From an uncultured Acidobacteriota bacterium (lineage in GTDB: Bacteria > Acidobacteriota > Thermoanaerobaculia > Multivoradales > SZUA-115), in contig CAWDVR010000003.1 of NCBI GenBank assembly GCA_963805975.1, forward strand, positions 128,001 to 192,000: a stretch of DNA of 64,000 bases, written 5' to 3'. Positions 16,057 through 25,662 of the stretch are shown here, piece by piece. Position 1 is the stretch's first letter, and each line of letters opens with the position of its first letter. The notes beneath the pieces are model-generated. The model ran no database searches, was not told the origin of the DNA, and saw only the letters and a list, made by a program, of their open reading frames with translations. The position numbers were made by a program, and so were the translations under genes.

Positions 16057-17778
16057 ATGCGAGAGACGAAAAAGCGCCTACGCGCACCGCGCGCGGTCGT
16101 GCTCGGGCTGGTGCTCGTGGCCGGCGCGGGCCGGGAGGCGGCGGCGCAGCTCGTGACCTGGGAACTCTTCGATCGCGACAAGGAGCCGGCCGAGCAGAAC
16201 GACAAGCGGGTCACCTGCGGCCGCTACGGCGTGTTCCACCTGAAAGTGGAGAACCCGGTGCCGGGCGCCGGGTCGATCGAGCCGTACCCGCCGCGGAACA
16301 AGGGCATCGAGGTCCCGGCCCGCTTCCCGAGCTACGCCGATGCCGCCGCGCCCGTGCCGCCGGCCGGGAGCCTCTCGACTGCGGCCGATGCATGGTTTCC
16401 CTGCGACGAGGGCGGCTGCTTCGCGTCGCCCTTCTCTTTTTCTCCGGGCCAGCCGTGGGTGGCGGTCATCGATTGGGACAGTCCGCACGGCTGGAGCGTG
16501 GGCTGGACCATCCGCCAAGTCACGGGCCCCTCGGTGGGCCTCGCCCTCTTCCCGCTCGCGGACCCGGAGCTCGAGTCGGTCTATCGGCGGGGCGAGACGG
16601 ACGCGCACCTCCTCGCCCAGCTCTGCAGACTGACCGAGCTGGTCGAGCACCACGGCCTGACGCCGCCGGTGGCGGTCAACATGAGCTTCGGGCGGCTGGC
16701 GCGGTCGGAGGACAAGCTCCCGGCCGGGATCTGCAACCCCGATCGGCTCGCCTGCCAGGTCGCCTTCGTCGTCGAGCACCTGCGGCAGATCTCCCGGCCG
16801 GAGCTCCCGGCCCCCGGCACGGTTTTCGTGGCCGCCGCGGGTAACCACGGGCAGCTGCTCTACCCGGCCGCGGCTCCCGCCGTGGTCGCCGCCGGCGCCA
16901 TCGATCTCGCCGTCTTCTGGGCGAACCGCGGCGCGGTCCCCTCCTGGGAGACCCCCCATCTCACGGGCCAGGCCGCGGCGCTGATGCCCGGCTACGGGAT
17001 CTGTCTCTTTCCGGGGCCCGCGCCCCAGGATCAGCGCGGCCACCCCGTGCCGCCCGGCAGCTCCTACGCCGCCGCCACCTTCTCCGGCTTCCTGGTCGCG
17101 CCGCTTCTTGCCGGCGAGCTGGGCGATCCCCTGCTGCCCGTCCTGTGGCAACCGGTGGCGACCTGTACCAGCCAGGGGTGCAGTTACCAGGTCCTGCACG
17201 GCGAGCGGCCGATGCTCGGGGTCGGCCCCGGCCTCGATCTCCTCCTGGAGCAGACGCGCACCGGCAGGCCCAGGTGCCGCCCGCCCCACGAGGGCACCGT
17301 CCAGGCAAACGGCCTGCTCGGCGCGGGCCTCGCCGCCAGCCAGTCGATCCCGCGCCTGTCCTTCGACGACGTGGCGGCCGCGGACCGCAAGCAACCGGCC
17401 CCCGGCGCCGACCCCTGCGTACCCTGCCGGGGCCACAACCCGCCGCCGCCGCTCAACGTCTGGGCCGTCCGCGGGCTCGCCACCCACGCCACGTTGGCGA
17501 GCCTGGTGGGGCTCGAGCTGGATCTCTCGTTCGCCGGCGCCCTTCCCGGCGACTACACCCTTCTCGGACTCTTCCTGCGGGTGGGCGAGACGTTCTACCC
17601 GGTCTCCGTGAGCGGCGGGCTCGGCCGGCTCCAGAGCGGTGCCGTCGACCGTCTGGTGGTGCCCGACACCGGCAGCCTGGTCCTCAGGGGAGAGCAGCCG
17701 TCGCTGGTCTTCGTGCTGCGGGACGACCTCGAGAGCGGGGCCGAGTTCTGGACCTCGATCCCGATCCTGATGCAGTAG
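16057..17778 (+). CDS. Secreted divergent S8 (subtilisin-like) peptidase
   Basis: AAGGAGG RBS; signal peptide; VAVID, HG, VNMSFG, FVAAAGN, GSSYAA motifs in subtilase order. Confidence 0.75.
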   Translation: MRETKKRLRAPRAVVLGLVLVAGAGREAAAQLVTWELFDRDKEPAEQNDKRVTCGRYGVFHLKVENPVPGAGSIEPYPPRNKGIEVPARFPSYADAAAPVPPAGSLSTAADAWFPCDEGGCFASPFSFSPGQPWVAVIDWDSPHGWSVGWTIRQVTGPSVGLALFPLADPELESVYRRGETDAHLLAQLCRLTELVEHHGLTPPVAVNMSFGRLARSEDKLPAGICNPDRLACQVAFVVEHLRQISRPELPAPGTVFVAAAGNHGQLLYPAAAPAVVAAGAIDLAVFWANRGAVPSWETPHLTGQAAALMPGYGICLFPGPAPQDQRGHPVPPGSSYAAATFSGFLVAPLLAGELGDPLLPVLWQPVATCTSQGCSYQVLHGERPMLGVGPGLDLLLEQTRTGRPRCRPPHEGTVQANGLLGAGLAASQSIPRLSFDDVAAADRKQPAPGADPCVPCRGHNPPPPLNVWAVRGLATHATLASLVGLELDLSFAGALPGDYTLLGLFLRVGETFYPVSVSGGLGRLQSGAVDRLVVPDTGSLVLRGEQPSLVFVLRDDLESGAEFWTSIPILMQ

Positions 17779-17951
17779 CGGCGGCGGAACATTCAGCGCC
17801 GCCAGCCGTAAAGCTCTCCTGAACCAAGGCACGGACCCGTGCGCCCCCTGTCGAGCGTCGAGCGGCGGGCCGTGTTCTGTCGCCTCATTTCCGCCCCTGA
17901 GTGGTATCCTCCGGCCGCCCGCCCGAGAGTGGCCTCGAAGGATAGGAGAGC

Positions 17952-19178
17952 ATGGCCGAACGACCCGTTTCCCTGAGCGATCTCAAGATCGATTCGAGCG
18001 CCCGTGCCGAGCCCGGCGGCCACCGCGGGCGCAACCTCGTGCTCGCCGTCATCGCCCTGGCGGTGGCCGGCGGGCTGGGTTTCTTCCTGTGGCGCGGCGC
18101 CGCGGTCCACCAGGTGAGGGCCGCCGATGTCCAGGTCGTCACCAGCGGTGGCGCCAACGACTCGGTGCTCGATGGCTCGGGCTACGTCACCGCCCGGCGC
18201 CAGGCGACCGTGTCCTCGAAAGTGACCGGCAAGGTGATCGAGATCCTGGTGGAAGAAGGCATGCGGGTGACCGAGGGCCAGGTGCTCGCCCGCCTCGACG
18301 ACTCGCTGCTGCGCCGCCAGATCGATCTCGACAACGCCCGCCTGACCGCGGCGCGCAGCTCGCTCAACGAGCTCGAGGTGCGGCTGGCCGAGGCGGCGCT
18401 CAATCTGAAGCGCAGCGGCCAGTTGGCGGCGAGCGGAGTGGCGGCGCAGGCCCAGCTCGACGCCGACCAGGCCACGGTCGACTCGTTCAAGGCGCAGATC
18501 GCGCGCACGCGCGACGACGCCACGGTCGCCGACCGGACGCTCGCGATGTCGCGCGAGCTGCTGACCGACGCCACCATCCGCGCGCCGTTCTCCGGCGTCG
18601 CGATCTCGAAGGACGCCCAGCCCGGCGAGATGATCTCGCCGGTGTCGGCCGGCGGCGGCTTCACCCGCACCGGCATCTGCACCCTGGTCGACATGTCGTC
18701 GCTCGAGATCGAGGTGGACGTGCGGGAGGCCTACATCAACCGCGTCGCGAACGGCCAACGGGTGGAGGCGGTGCTCGACTCCTACCCGGACTGGCAGATC
18801 CCGGCGCACGTCATCACCATCATCCCCACCGCCTCGCGCGACAAGGCGACGGTGAAGGTACGCATCGCTTTCGACCAGCTCGATCCGCGCATCCTGCCGG
18901 ACATGGGCGTCAAGGTGAGGTTCTTCGCCGAGGAGCGCGCGGCCGCGGCCCAGCCGGCGCGGCGCGTGCGCGTGCCGCAGGCCGCGGTGCGCGAGGACGG
19001 TGGCTCCAAGGTGGTGTTCGTGATCGCCGGCGGGCGCGTCGAGCGGCGGGCCGTGACCGTGGGTGCCGCCGATGGCGATCAGATCGAAGTCACCGCCGGC
19101 CTCACGGGCGGCGAGCGAGTGGTAGTGCTGCCGCCCCCCGGCCTCGTGGACGGCGCGCGGGTCAAGACGATCGAGTGA
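17952..19178 (+). CDS. Efflux periplasmic adaptor subunit (MacA/HlyD family)
   Basis: N-terminal TM, VSSKVTGKV..VEEGMRV..GQVLARLD, IRAPFSG. Confidence 0.9.
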   Translation: MAERPVSLSDLKIDSSARAEPGGHRGRNLVLAVIALAVAGGLGFFLWRGAAVHQVRAADVQVVTSGGANDSVLDGSGYVTARRQATVSSKVTGKVIEILVEEGMRVTEGQVLARLDDSLLRRQIDLDNARLTAARSSLNELEVRLAEAALNLKRSGQLAASGVAAQAQLDADQATVDSFKAQIARTRDDATVADRTLAMSRELLTDATIRAPFSGVAISKDAQPGEMISPVSAGGGFTRTGICTLVDMSSLEIEVDVREAYINRVANGQRVEAVLDSYPDWQIPAHVITIIPTASRDKATVKVRIAFDQLDPRILPDMGVKVRFFAEERAAAAQPARRVRVPQAAVREDGGSKVVFVIAGGRVERRAVTVGAADGDQIEVTAGLTGGERVVVLPPPGLVDGARVKTIE

Positions 19179-19188
19179 GGAGGAGCTC

Positions 19189-19884
19189 ATGGCTGCAATG
19201 GAACCCCTGGTCCGCGTGCGCGACGGCTACAAGACCTATCGCCGCGGCAGCGAGACCATCAACGTCCTCCAGGGCATGAACCTGGACATCGCCCGCGGCG
19301 AGTTCCTCGCCCTGATGGGCCCCTCGGGCTCGGGCAAGACGACCCTGCTGAACCTGCTGGGCGGCCTCGACCGGCCGACCCGCGGCGCGGTCGAGGTCGA
19401 GGGCCAGCGCATCGACCAGCTCTCGGAGAACCAGCTCGCGGCCTGGCGCTCGCGGCACGTGGGCTTCGTCTTCCAGATGTACAACCTGCTGCCGGTCTTG
19501 ACCGCCGAGCGCAACGTGGAGCTGCCGCTGCTCCTGACCAAGCTGTCGCGCGACCAGCGCAAGCGCCAGGTGGAGACGGCCCTCACTCTGGTGGGCCTGG
19601 CCGACCGCATGCGCCACTATCCGCGCCAGCTCTCGGGCGGCCAGGAGCAGCGCGTGGGCATCGCGCGCGCCATCGTGACCGACCCGACGCTGTTGCTCTG
19701 CGACGAGCCGACCGGCGACCTCGACCGCAAGAGCGGCGACGAGGTGCTGGATCTCTTGACCGGCCTCAACCGCGAGCACGGCAAGACCATCGTCATGGTG
19801 ACGCACGACCCGCACGCCGCCGCCCGCGCCTCGCGCACCCTGCACTTCGACAAGGGCGTCCTCTCGCAGGAGGAGACGACATGA
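19189..19884 (+). CDS. ABC transporter ATP-binding protein (MacB/LolD family)
   Basis: GPSGSGKT, LSGGQEQR, CDEPTG, VTHD. Confidence 0.95.
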   Translation: MAAMEPLVRVRDGYKTYRRGSETINVLQGMNLDIARGEFLALMGPSGSGKTTLLNLLGGLDRPTRGAVEVEGQRIDQLSENQLAAWRSRHVGFVFQMYNLLPVLTAERNVELPLLLTKLSRDQRKRQVETALTLVGLADRMRHYPRQLSGGQEQRVGIARAIVTDPTLLLCDEPTGDLDRKSGDEVLDLLTGLNREHGKTIVMVTHDPHAAARASRTLHFDKGVLSQEETT

Positions 19885-21044
19885 AGTTCCTCCACCTGAT
19901 CTGGAAGAACCTCGGCCGCAAGAAGGTGCGCACGCTCTTCACGCTGGCGGCGATCAGTGCCGCCTTCGTGCTCTACGGCGTGCTCGCCGCGGTGCGCTTC
20001 GCCTTCAGCATGGGGGTCGACCTGACCGGCGTCGACCGCCTGGTGACGATCAACAAGGTGACGCTGATCCAGCCCCTGCCCTTCGCCTACGACGCCAAGA
20101 TCCGCGCCGTGCCCGGGGTCACCGAGGTGGCCCACGCCACCTGGTTCGGCGCCTACTACCAGGACAAGCGCAACTTTTTCGGGCAGTTCCCGGTCGAGCC
20201 CGTGAGCTACCTGCGCATGTTCCCCGAGCTGCGGCTGCCGGAGGACCAGATGAAGGCCTGGCTCGCCGACCGGCAGGGCGCGGTGGTCGGGCGTTCGATC
20301 GCCAACCAGTACGGCTTCAAGATCGGTGACCGCGTACCGCTGATCTCCCCCTGGCCGCGGCAGGACGGCTCGCAGAGCTGGGAGTTCAACATCGTCGGCA
20401 TCTACGACGGCGCCGAGAAGGGCACCGACACCACCCAGTTCCTCTTCCACTACGACTACTTCAACGAGAACCGGCGCACCTTCGGCAACGCCAGGGACAC
20501 GGTGGGCTGGTACACGGTGCGGGTCGCCGACCCGGAGAAGGCGCCGCAGATCGCCAAGGCGATCGACGCGCAGTTCGCCAACTCGTCGTCCGAGACCGAG
20601 ACCACCACCGAGAAGGCCTTCGCCCAGGGCTTCGCCAACCAGGTCGGCAACGTCGGCGCCATCGTGCAGGCGATCGTGGCCGCGGTGCTCTCGATCCTGC
20701 TGCTGGTGGTGGGCAACACCATGGCGCAGGCCGTGCGAGAGCGCACCAACGAGCTCGCGGTGCTCAAGACGCTGGGCTTCACCAACCGCGGCGTGCTCGG
20801 GCTGGTGCTCGGCGAGTCGCTGGCCATCGCGGTGCTGGGCGGCGTCGTAGGCATGGTGCTCTCGTGGCTCTTCGTGCAGGTCTTCGCCAAGACCCTGACC
20901 GCCTACCTGCCCATCTTCTACCTGCCGAACAGCGCCTTCGTGTCGGGCACCGTGTTGATGCTCGTGCTGGGCCTGGCCGCCGGCCTGTTCCCGGCCTGGC
21001 AGGCGATGCGGCTGTCGATCGCCACCGCCTTGAGGAGGGCTTGA
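19881..21044 (+). CDS. ABC transporter permease (MacB/FtsX family)
   Basis: VRERTNELAVLKTLGF motif, 4-TM topology. Confidence 0.9.
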   Translation: MKFLHLIWKNLGRKKVRTLFTLAAISAAFVLYGVLAAVRFAFSMGVDLTGVDRLVTINKVTLIQPLPFAYDAKIRAVPGVTEVAHATWFGAYYQDKRNFFGQFPVEPVSYLRMFPELRLPEDQMKAWLADRQGAVVGRSIANQYGFKIGDRVPLISPWPRQDGSQSWEFNIVGIYDGAEKGTDTTQFLFHYDYFNENRRTFGNARDTVGWYTVRVADPEKAPQIAKAIDAQFANSSSETETTTEKAFAQGFANQVGNVGAIVQAIVAAVLSILLLVVGNTMAQAVRERTNELAVLKTLGFTNRGVLGLVLGESLAIAVLGGVVGMVLSWLFVQVFAKTLTAYLPIFYLPNSAFVSGTVLMLVLGLAAGLFPAWQAMRLSIATALRRA

Positions 21045-21046
21045 GC

Positions 21047-22231
21047 ATGTGGCTGTCTCAGGTCGTAACCGTCACCTGGCTCAACCTGCGCAACCTGCCG
21101 CAGCGCATCGGCTCGTCGGTGGTGGCCATGGTGGGCATCGCCGGCGTGGTCGCCATCTTCCTCGCCGTGCTGTCGATCGGTGAGGGCTTCAAGCGCGCCA
21201 TGACCGGCGCCGGCTCGCCGGACACCGCGGTGGTGCTGCGCTCGGGCGCCACCTCGGAGATGACCAGCGGCTTCGGCGGCGAGCAGGCGCGGATCATCAC
21301 CGAGGCGCCGGGCATCCTGCGTGGCGACGGCGGCAACCTCGCCTCGCCGGAGCTCTACGTGGTCATCGGTCTGCCGAAACGCTCTACCGGCACCGCGGCC
21401 AACGTGCCGCTGCGTGGCGTGGGCCCGGAAGCCTTCGGCGTGCGCGAAGAGGTGAAGGTGGTCTCCGGCCGTCGTTTCGAGCCCGGCAAGTTCGAGGTCA
21501 TCGTCGGCCAGGCCGCGGCGACACAGTTCGAAGGTCTGGCCGTGGGCTCGATGCACCGCTGGGGCGAGAACGAGTGGAGAGTGACCGGCACCTTCACCGC
21601 CGACGGCGCGCTGTCGGAATCCGAGCTCTGGTGCGACGCCAAGGTGCTGCAGCCGGCCTACCGGCGGGGCAACAGCTACCAGTCGGTGTTCGCAAAGCTC
21701 GAGTCGCCCGCCGCCTTCGACCGCTTCAAGGACAGCCTCACCGCCGACCCGCGCCTCAGCGTCACCGTCGAGCGCGAGAACGACTTCTACGCCGAGCAGT
21801 CGCGGATGCTCACCAACCTGATCAAGCGCCTGGGCGGCGTGATCGCCTTCATCATGGGCATCGGCGCGGTGTTCGGCGCCGTGCTCACCATGTACACGGC
21901 CGTGGCCTCGCGCACGCGCGAGATCGCCACGCTGCGCGCGCTCGGCTTCTCGCGCGGCCCGGTGGTGATCTCGGTGCTGCTCGAGGCCCTGTTGCTCGGT
22001 CTCGTCGGCGGCTTGATCGGCGGCGGGCTCGCCTACCTGGCCTTCAACGGCTACCAGGCCTCGACCCTCAACTGGAACAGCTTCAGCCAGGTGGCGTTCG
22101 CCTTCGCGGTGACACCGGCGCTCCTCACCCAGGGGATCGTCTACGCGCTGCTGATCGGTCTGGTGGGAGGTCTCTTCCCGGCGATCCGGGCGGCCAACCT
22201 GCCGGTGGCGACGGCGCTCCGCGAGCTCTAG
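21047..22231 (+). CDS. ABC transporter permease (MacB/FtsX family)
   Basis: GAGGAG RBS before ATG 21047; RTREIATLRALGF motif. Confidence 0.9.
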   Translation: MWLSQVVTVTWLNLRNLPQRIGSSVVAMVGIAGVVAIFLAVLSIGEGFKRAMTGAGSPDTAVVLRSGATSEMTSGFGGEQARIITEAPGILRGDGGNLASPELYVVIGLPKRSTGTAANVPLRGVGPEAFGVREEVKVVSGRRFEPGKFEVIVGQAAATQFEGLAVGSMHRWGENEWRVTGTFTADGALSESELWCDAKVLQPAYRRGNSYQSVFAKLESPAAFDRFKDSLTADPRLSVTVERENDFYAEQSRMLTNLIKRLGGVIAFIMGIGAVFGAVLTMYTAVASRTREIATLRALGFSRGPVVISVLLEALLLGLVGGLIGGGLAYLAFNGYQASTLNWNSFSQVAFAFAVTPALLTQGIVYALLIGLVGGLFPAIRAANLPVATALREL

Positions 22232-22234
22232 AGG

Positions 22235-23017
22235 TCAGCTCCCGACGATCAGCCCGCCGTCCACGTTGAGCACCGCGCCGCTGACGAAGCTCGCCGCGTC
22301 GGAGGCGAGCCAGAAGTAGGCCTCGGCGACCTCCTCCGGCCGGCCGAGGCGGGCGAGCGGCGTGTGCTCGACCACCCGCGAGACGATCGGCGGCGGCATG
22401 GAGCGCACCATCGCCGTCTCGATGAAGCCCGGCGCCACGGCGTTGACGCGGATCTTGTAGCGGCCCAGCTCGCGCGCCCAGGTGCGGGCCATGGCGATGA
22501 CGCCGGCCTTGGCCGCGGCATAGTTGGTCTGGCCGAAATTGCCCGAGTGCGCGACCACCGAGGAGGCGACGGCGATCGAGCCGCCGCCCGAGCTGATGAG
22601 CAGGGGCACCGCCGCGCGCACGGTCAGGAACACGCCCTTCAGGTTGACGCCGGCCACGGCGTCGAAGTCCTCCTCGGCCAGGCGGGCCACGGCCTCACCG
22701 CCCCGCCACTTGACGAGCTGGGCATCGCGCACGATGCCGGCGTTGGCCACCACCGCGTCGAGGCGGCCCCAGCCGGCCTGGATCTCGGCGACCGCGGCCT
22801 CGACCGCTCGAGCGTCGCGGACGTCGACCGTTTGCAGCCGGCTTTCGCCTCCGGCAGCGAGCAGCTCGGCTTCGAGGTCTGCCGGCCAGGCGGCCACGTC
22901 CCAGCAGGCGACCCGCCAGCCGCCCCGCGCGAAGCGGAGCGCGGTGGCGCGGCCGATGCCGGCGGCGGCGCCCGTCACCAGGGCGACGCGGTGGGCCTGC
23001 GGCTCGGCTTCGCTCAT
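22235..23017 (-). CDS. fabG: SDR oxidoreductase, FabG/acetoacetyl-CoA reductase-like
   Basis: TGAAAGIG, NAGIVRD, GNFGQTNYAAAK, VNAVAPGFIET. Confidence 0.75.
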   Translation of the reverse strand: MSEAEPQAHRVALVTGAAAGIGRATALRFARGGWRVACWDVAAWPADLEAELLAAGGESRLQTVDVRDARAVEAAVAEIQAGWGRLDAVVANAGIVRDAQLVKWRGGEAVARLAEEDFDAVAGVNLKGVFLTVRAAVPLLISSGGGSIAVASSVVAHSGNFGQTNYAAAKAGVIAMARTWARELGRYKIRVNAVAPGFIETAMVRSMPPPIVSRVVEHTPLARLGRPEEVAEAYFWLASDAASFVSGAVLNVDGGLIVGS

Positions 23018-23029
23018 GGCGAGAGCATT

Positions 23030-23569
23030 CTATGGCTCTCGGTGCCGGCCCTCCTCGACCGCGGCGCTGAGGCGCCGGCCGGCGAGCTCGAGCGCCGTCG
23101 GCCCGGCCGCGGCCAGCAGCAGGGCCAGGGCGTCGGGCCGGGCGAGAAGCTCGTAGGCGACGTTCATCGCCGCCACGAAGGCGTCATCGAAGACCTCGAG
23201 CCGGCCGCAGACCTCGCTCCTCTCGAAGAGGGCGAAGCCGCCGTCGGCGCCCGGCTCGCTGGCGATGCGCCAGGGGCCGTCGCCCACCAGGGTGGGGAGC
23301 ACCGCGGCGGCGATCAGCGCCGGGGCGCGCTCGCTGAAGCGGGCGTGGGGGCGGTCGCCGGAACGGGGGCTCTCCCAGTAACGGAAGAGACCGTAGTCGC
23401 CGGCCGGCAGCCGGCGGACGACCCACGGACCGGTCAGCTCGGCGGCGAGAGCAGAGGACGGTTCGTCCTCGATCAGCAGGCGGGCAAGGAAGTCCGTCGC
23501 AAAGGCGTTGTCGGGACGGAGCTCGGACGGGTGGGGCGCAGCAGGGGTCGTCATGGCCTTGTCCTCCAT
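23030..23569 (-). CDS. Hypothetical protein
   Basis: Fills the gap upstream of the SDR with coding-like codon usage; no motif recognised. Confidence 0.6.
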   Translation of the reverse strand: MEDKAMTTPAAPHPSELRPDNAFATDFLARLLIEDEPSSALAAELTGPWVVRRLPAGDYGLFRYWESPRSGDRPHARFSERAPALIAAAVLPTLVGDGPWRIASEPGADGGFALFERSEVCGRLEVFDDAFVAAMNVAYELLARPDALALLLAAAGPTALELAGRRLSAAVEEGRHREP

Positions 23570-23710
23570 AAGGTTTTACGCCTTGTTTGCGCCGACTCTA
23601 GTGGAACGGGATCGGGAGAGCAAGCCATCGGCCACGATGCCTCGGCATCGGCGGCAACCTCTATACTGCCCGGACACACAGGGCCGAGATCTCGGCCCGC
23701 AGGAGGTGCG

Positions 23711-24307
23711 TTGGACGTCCGTCCGCAGGAGAGTGAGCCCATCGCGCGGCTGCGCGCGCTCCTCGATCAGGCCCGCGCCGGCGGGATGCCGGACCCGAAC
23801 GCCATGGTGCTCTCGACCGTCGGCCCCGGCGGGCAGCCGAGCTCCCGCGTGGTGCTGCTCAAGGATCTCGACGAACGCGGCCTCGTCTTCTACACCAACC
23901 TGGGGAGCCGCAAGGCGGCGGAGATTCGCGTCAACCCGAAGGTCAGCCTCAGCTTCTTCTGGCGGCCGCTCGACCGCCAGGCCACGGTGCTCGGCACGGC
24001 CGAGCCGGTCACTTCCGCCGAGGCCGAGGAGTACTTCGCGAGCCGGCCGCGGGGAAGCCAGATCGGCGCCTGGGCCTCGCGGCAGAGCCAGCCGCTCGGG
24101 AGCCGCGAAGAGCTCCTGGCCGAGGCGGCGCGCATCCAGGCGCTCTACGCGGGCCAGCCCGTGCCCCGGCCCCCGCACTGGTCCGGCTTCCGCGTGGTGC
24201 CGTCGTCGATCGAGCTGTGGTCCGCCGGCAGCGACCGCCTGCACCACCGCGAGCGCTTCGAGCGCACGCCGGGCGAGGGGTGGAAGAAGAGGTTGCTCTT
24301 TCCCTAG
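23711..24307 (+). CDS. pdxH: Pyridoxamine 5'-phosphate oxidase
   Basis: AGGAGG RBS before TTG 23711; PNAMVLST, RVVLLK, YFASRPRGSQIGAWASRQS, RLHHR. Confidence 0.93.
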   Translation: MDVRPQESEPIARLRALLDQARAGGMPDPNAMVLSTVGPGGQPSSRVVLLKDLDERGLVFYTNLGSRKAAEIRVNPKVSLSFFWRPLDRQATVLGTAEPVTSAEAEEYFASRPRGSQIGAWASRQSQPLGSREELLAEAARIQALYAGQPVPRPPHWSGFRVVPSSIELWSAGSDRLHHRERFERTPGEGWKKRLLFP

Positions 24308-24900
24308 GCCGTCAGGAGCGCTCCGACCTGGCGGTGGCGGAAGCAGCCCACCAAGTGGTCGTTCACCATCCCCACGGCCTGCATGTAGGCGTAGCAGATG
24401 GTGGGCCCCACGAAGCGGAAGCCACGCCGGGAGAGATCCTTCGACAGGGCTCGCGACTCGTCGGTCTGCGCCGGCACCTCGGACGGCAGGAGCCGGCGGT
24501 TGCGGATCGGACGGCCGCCCACGAAACGCCAGAGGTAGGCGTCGAACGAGCCGTGCTCCTCCTGCACGGCGAGAAAGGCGCGGGCGTTCCCCACGCTGGT
24601 CTCGAGCTTCGCGCGGTTGCGCACCAGGCCGGGGTCGGCGAGCATCGAAGCCACCTTCTCCGGCCCGAAGCCCGCCACCGTCTGCGGGTCGAAGCCGCCG
24701 TAGGCCTCGCGGTAGCGCTCGCGCCGGGTGAGGATCGTCCACCAGGAGAGGCCGGCCTGGGCCCCCTCGAGGATCAGCATCTCGAAGAGGTGGCGATCGT
24801 CGTGCACCGGCACCCCCCACTCCTCGTCGTGGTAGGCAAGGTAGAGCGGCTCGGCGCCGGACCAGGGGCAGCGGGTGAGGACCGAAGTGCGGGCGGTCAT
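24304..24900 (-). CDS. tag: DNA-3-methyladenine glycosylase I
   Basis: RCPW, YHDEEWG, LEGAQAGLSW, GFRFVGPT, GMVNDHLVGC. Confidence 0.95.
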   Translation of the reverse strand: MTARTSVLTRCPWSGAEPLYLAYHDEEWGVPVHDDRHLFEMLILEGAQAGLSWWTILTRRERYREAYGGFDPQTVAGFGPEKVASMLADPGLVRNRAKLETSVGNARAFLAVQEEHGSFDAYLWRFVGGRPIRNRRLLPSEVPAQTDESRALSKDLSRRGFRFVGPTICYAYMQAVGMVNDHLVGCFRHRQVGALLTA

Positions 24901-24975
24901 CGCGTTTAGTTCCGGAAGCCCGCACGATATCCGAATCGAGATGCTTGCAGTGTCTATGTCGCGGGCCCTTGCGAC

Positions 24976-25005
24976 TTGCCATAAAGAAACAGCGAATGCT
25001 ATGGT
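24976..25005 (+). promoter_or_regulatory. Putative sigma-70 promoter for the HTH gene
   Basis: TTGCCA-18 bp-TATGGT with extended -10 TG, in an AT-rich intergenic patch. Confidence 0.4.
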
Positions 25006-25075
25006 ATTCGTGTCTTGAAAAAGTCAAACGTATTGCTTCCGCGCTCTTGCTAGGCGGCGCTGTCGGGAGGTGAAG

Positions 25076-25534
25076 ATGGATGCCGAAGAGCATCTGGCGA
25101 GGATCCTCCGGCTGCTCCAGGGATCGATTCGTGCCGCGGGCTACACCCAGACCGAGGTCGACGAACGGATCGGCCGCCGCCGTGGCTACCTGAGCCATGT
25201 CTTCCAGCGTCGAGTCGACCTCAAGCTTCACGATCTGCTGCGTGCCCTCGAGATGCTGGAGATCGATCCCAGCGCCTTCTTCCATGCCGCGCTGAGCGGC
25301 CGGGGAGGAGAGCACCCGGCGCTCGAGGATCTGATGCAGCTCGTGACCAACAGCAAGCAGCGGGGGCTGCCGTCGCCGGCCGCGACGCAGCCGCCCGGGG
25401 CCACGGCCGAGGATCCGCGCCTGGTCGAGCGGGTGCGCGCCATCGTCCGCGACCTCCTGACCAGCTCTCCCGAGGCCGGGGAGGCAAAGCCCCCGGCCGG
25501 CCGGCCCCCGGACGGTTTAGACGCGGACGGTTAG
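25076..25534 (+). CDS. XRE/Cro-like helix-turn-helix regulator
   Basis: GYTQTEVDERIGRRRGYLSHVF HTH; start GTG 25070 or ATG 25076. Confidence 0.75.
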   Translation: MDAEEHLARILRLLQGSIRAAGYTQTEVDERIGRRRGYLSHVFQRRVDLKLHDLLRALEMLEIDPSAFFHAALSGRGGEHPALEDLMQLVTNSKQRGLPSPAATQPPGATAEDPRLVERVRAIVRDLLTSSPEAGEAKPPAGRPPDGLDADG

Positions 25535-25662
25535 ACGCCGAAGGAGAACCCTGTCCCCGTCTTGCCGATAGGGAGCACTACCACCAATGAGTCCTGGATC
25601 GTAGAGGGTAGGTGAGGCGGGCTCGGCGTCGGCGCCGGGAGTGGGCGGGGCCTTGTCTGCCC

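Noticed and set aside
12240-16214. 1324-aa minus-strand ORF and many other long antisense or alternate-frame ORFs (e.g. 26534-29236, 32586-36374, 53041-55656)
   Set aside because: Shadow ORFs expected at high GC; Arg/Gly/Pro-rich, no motifs, and they overlap well-supported genes
10847-22231. RiPP cluster (NHLP-like precursor, S8 peptidase, ABC exporter)
   Set aside because: No YcaO, radical SAM or lanthipeptide synthetase and no core peptide; the MacAB-like operon is a common type separated by a 170-bp gap
22364-24307. 647-aa ORF suggesting a long PdxH fusion
   Set aside because: The N-terminal 449 codons are antisense to the SDR and hypothetical genes; a strong RBS supports TTG 23711
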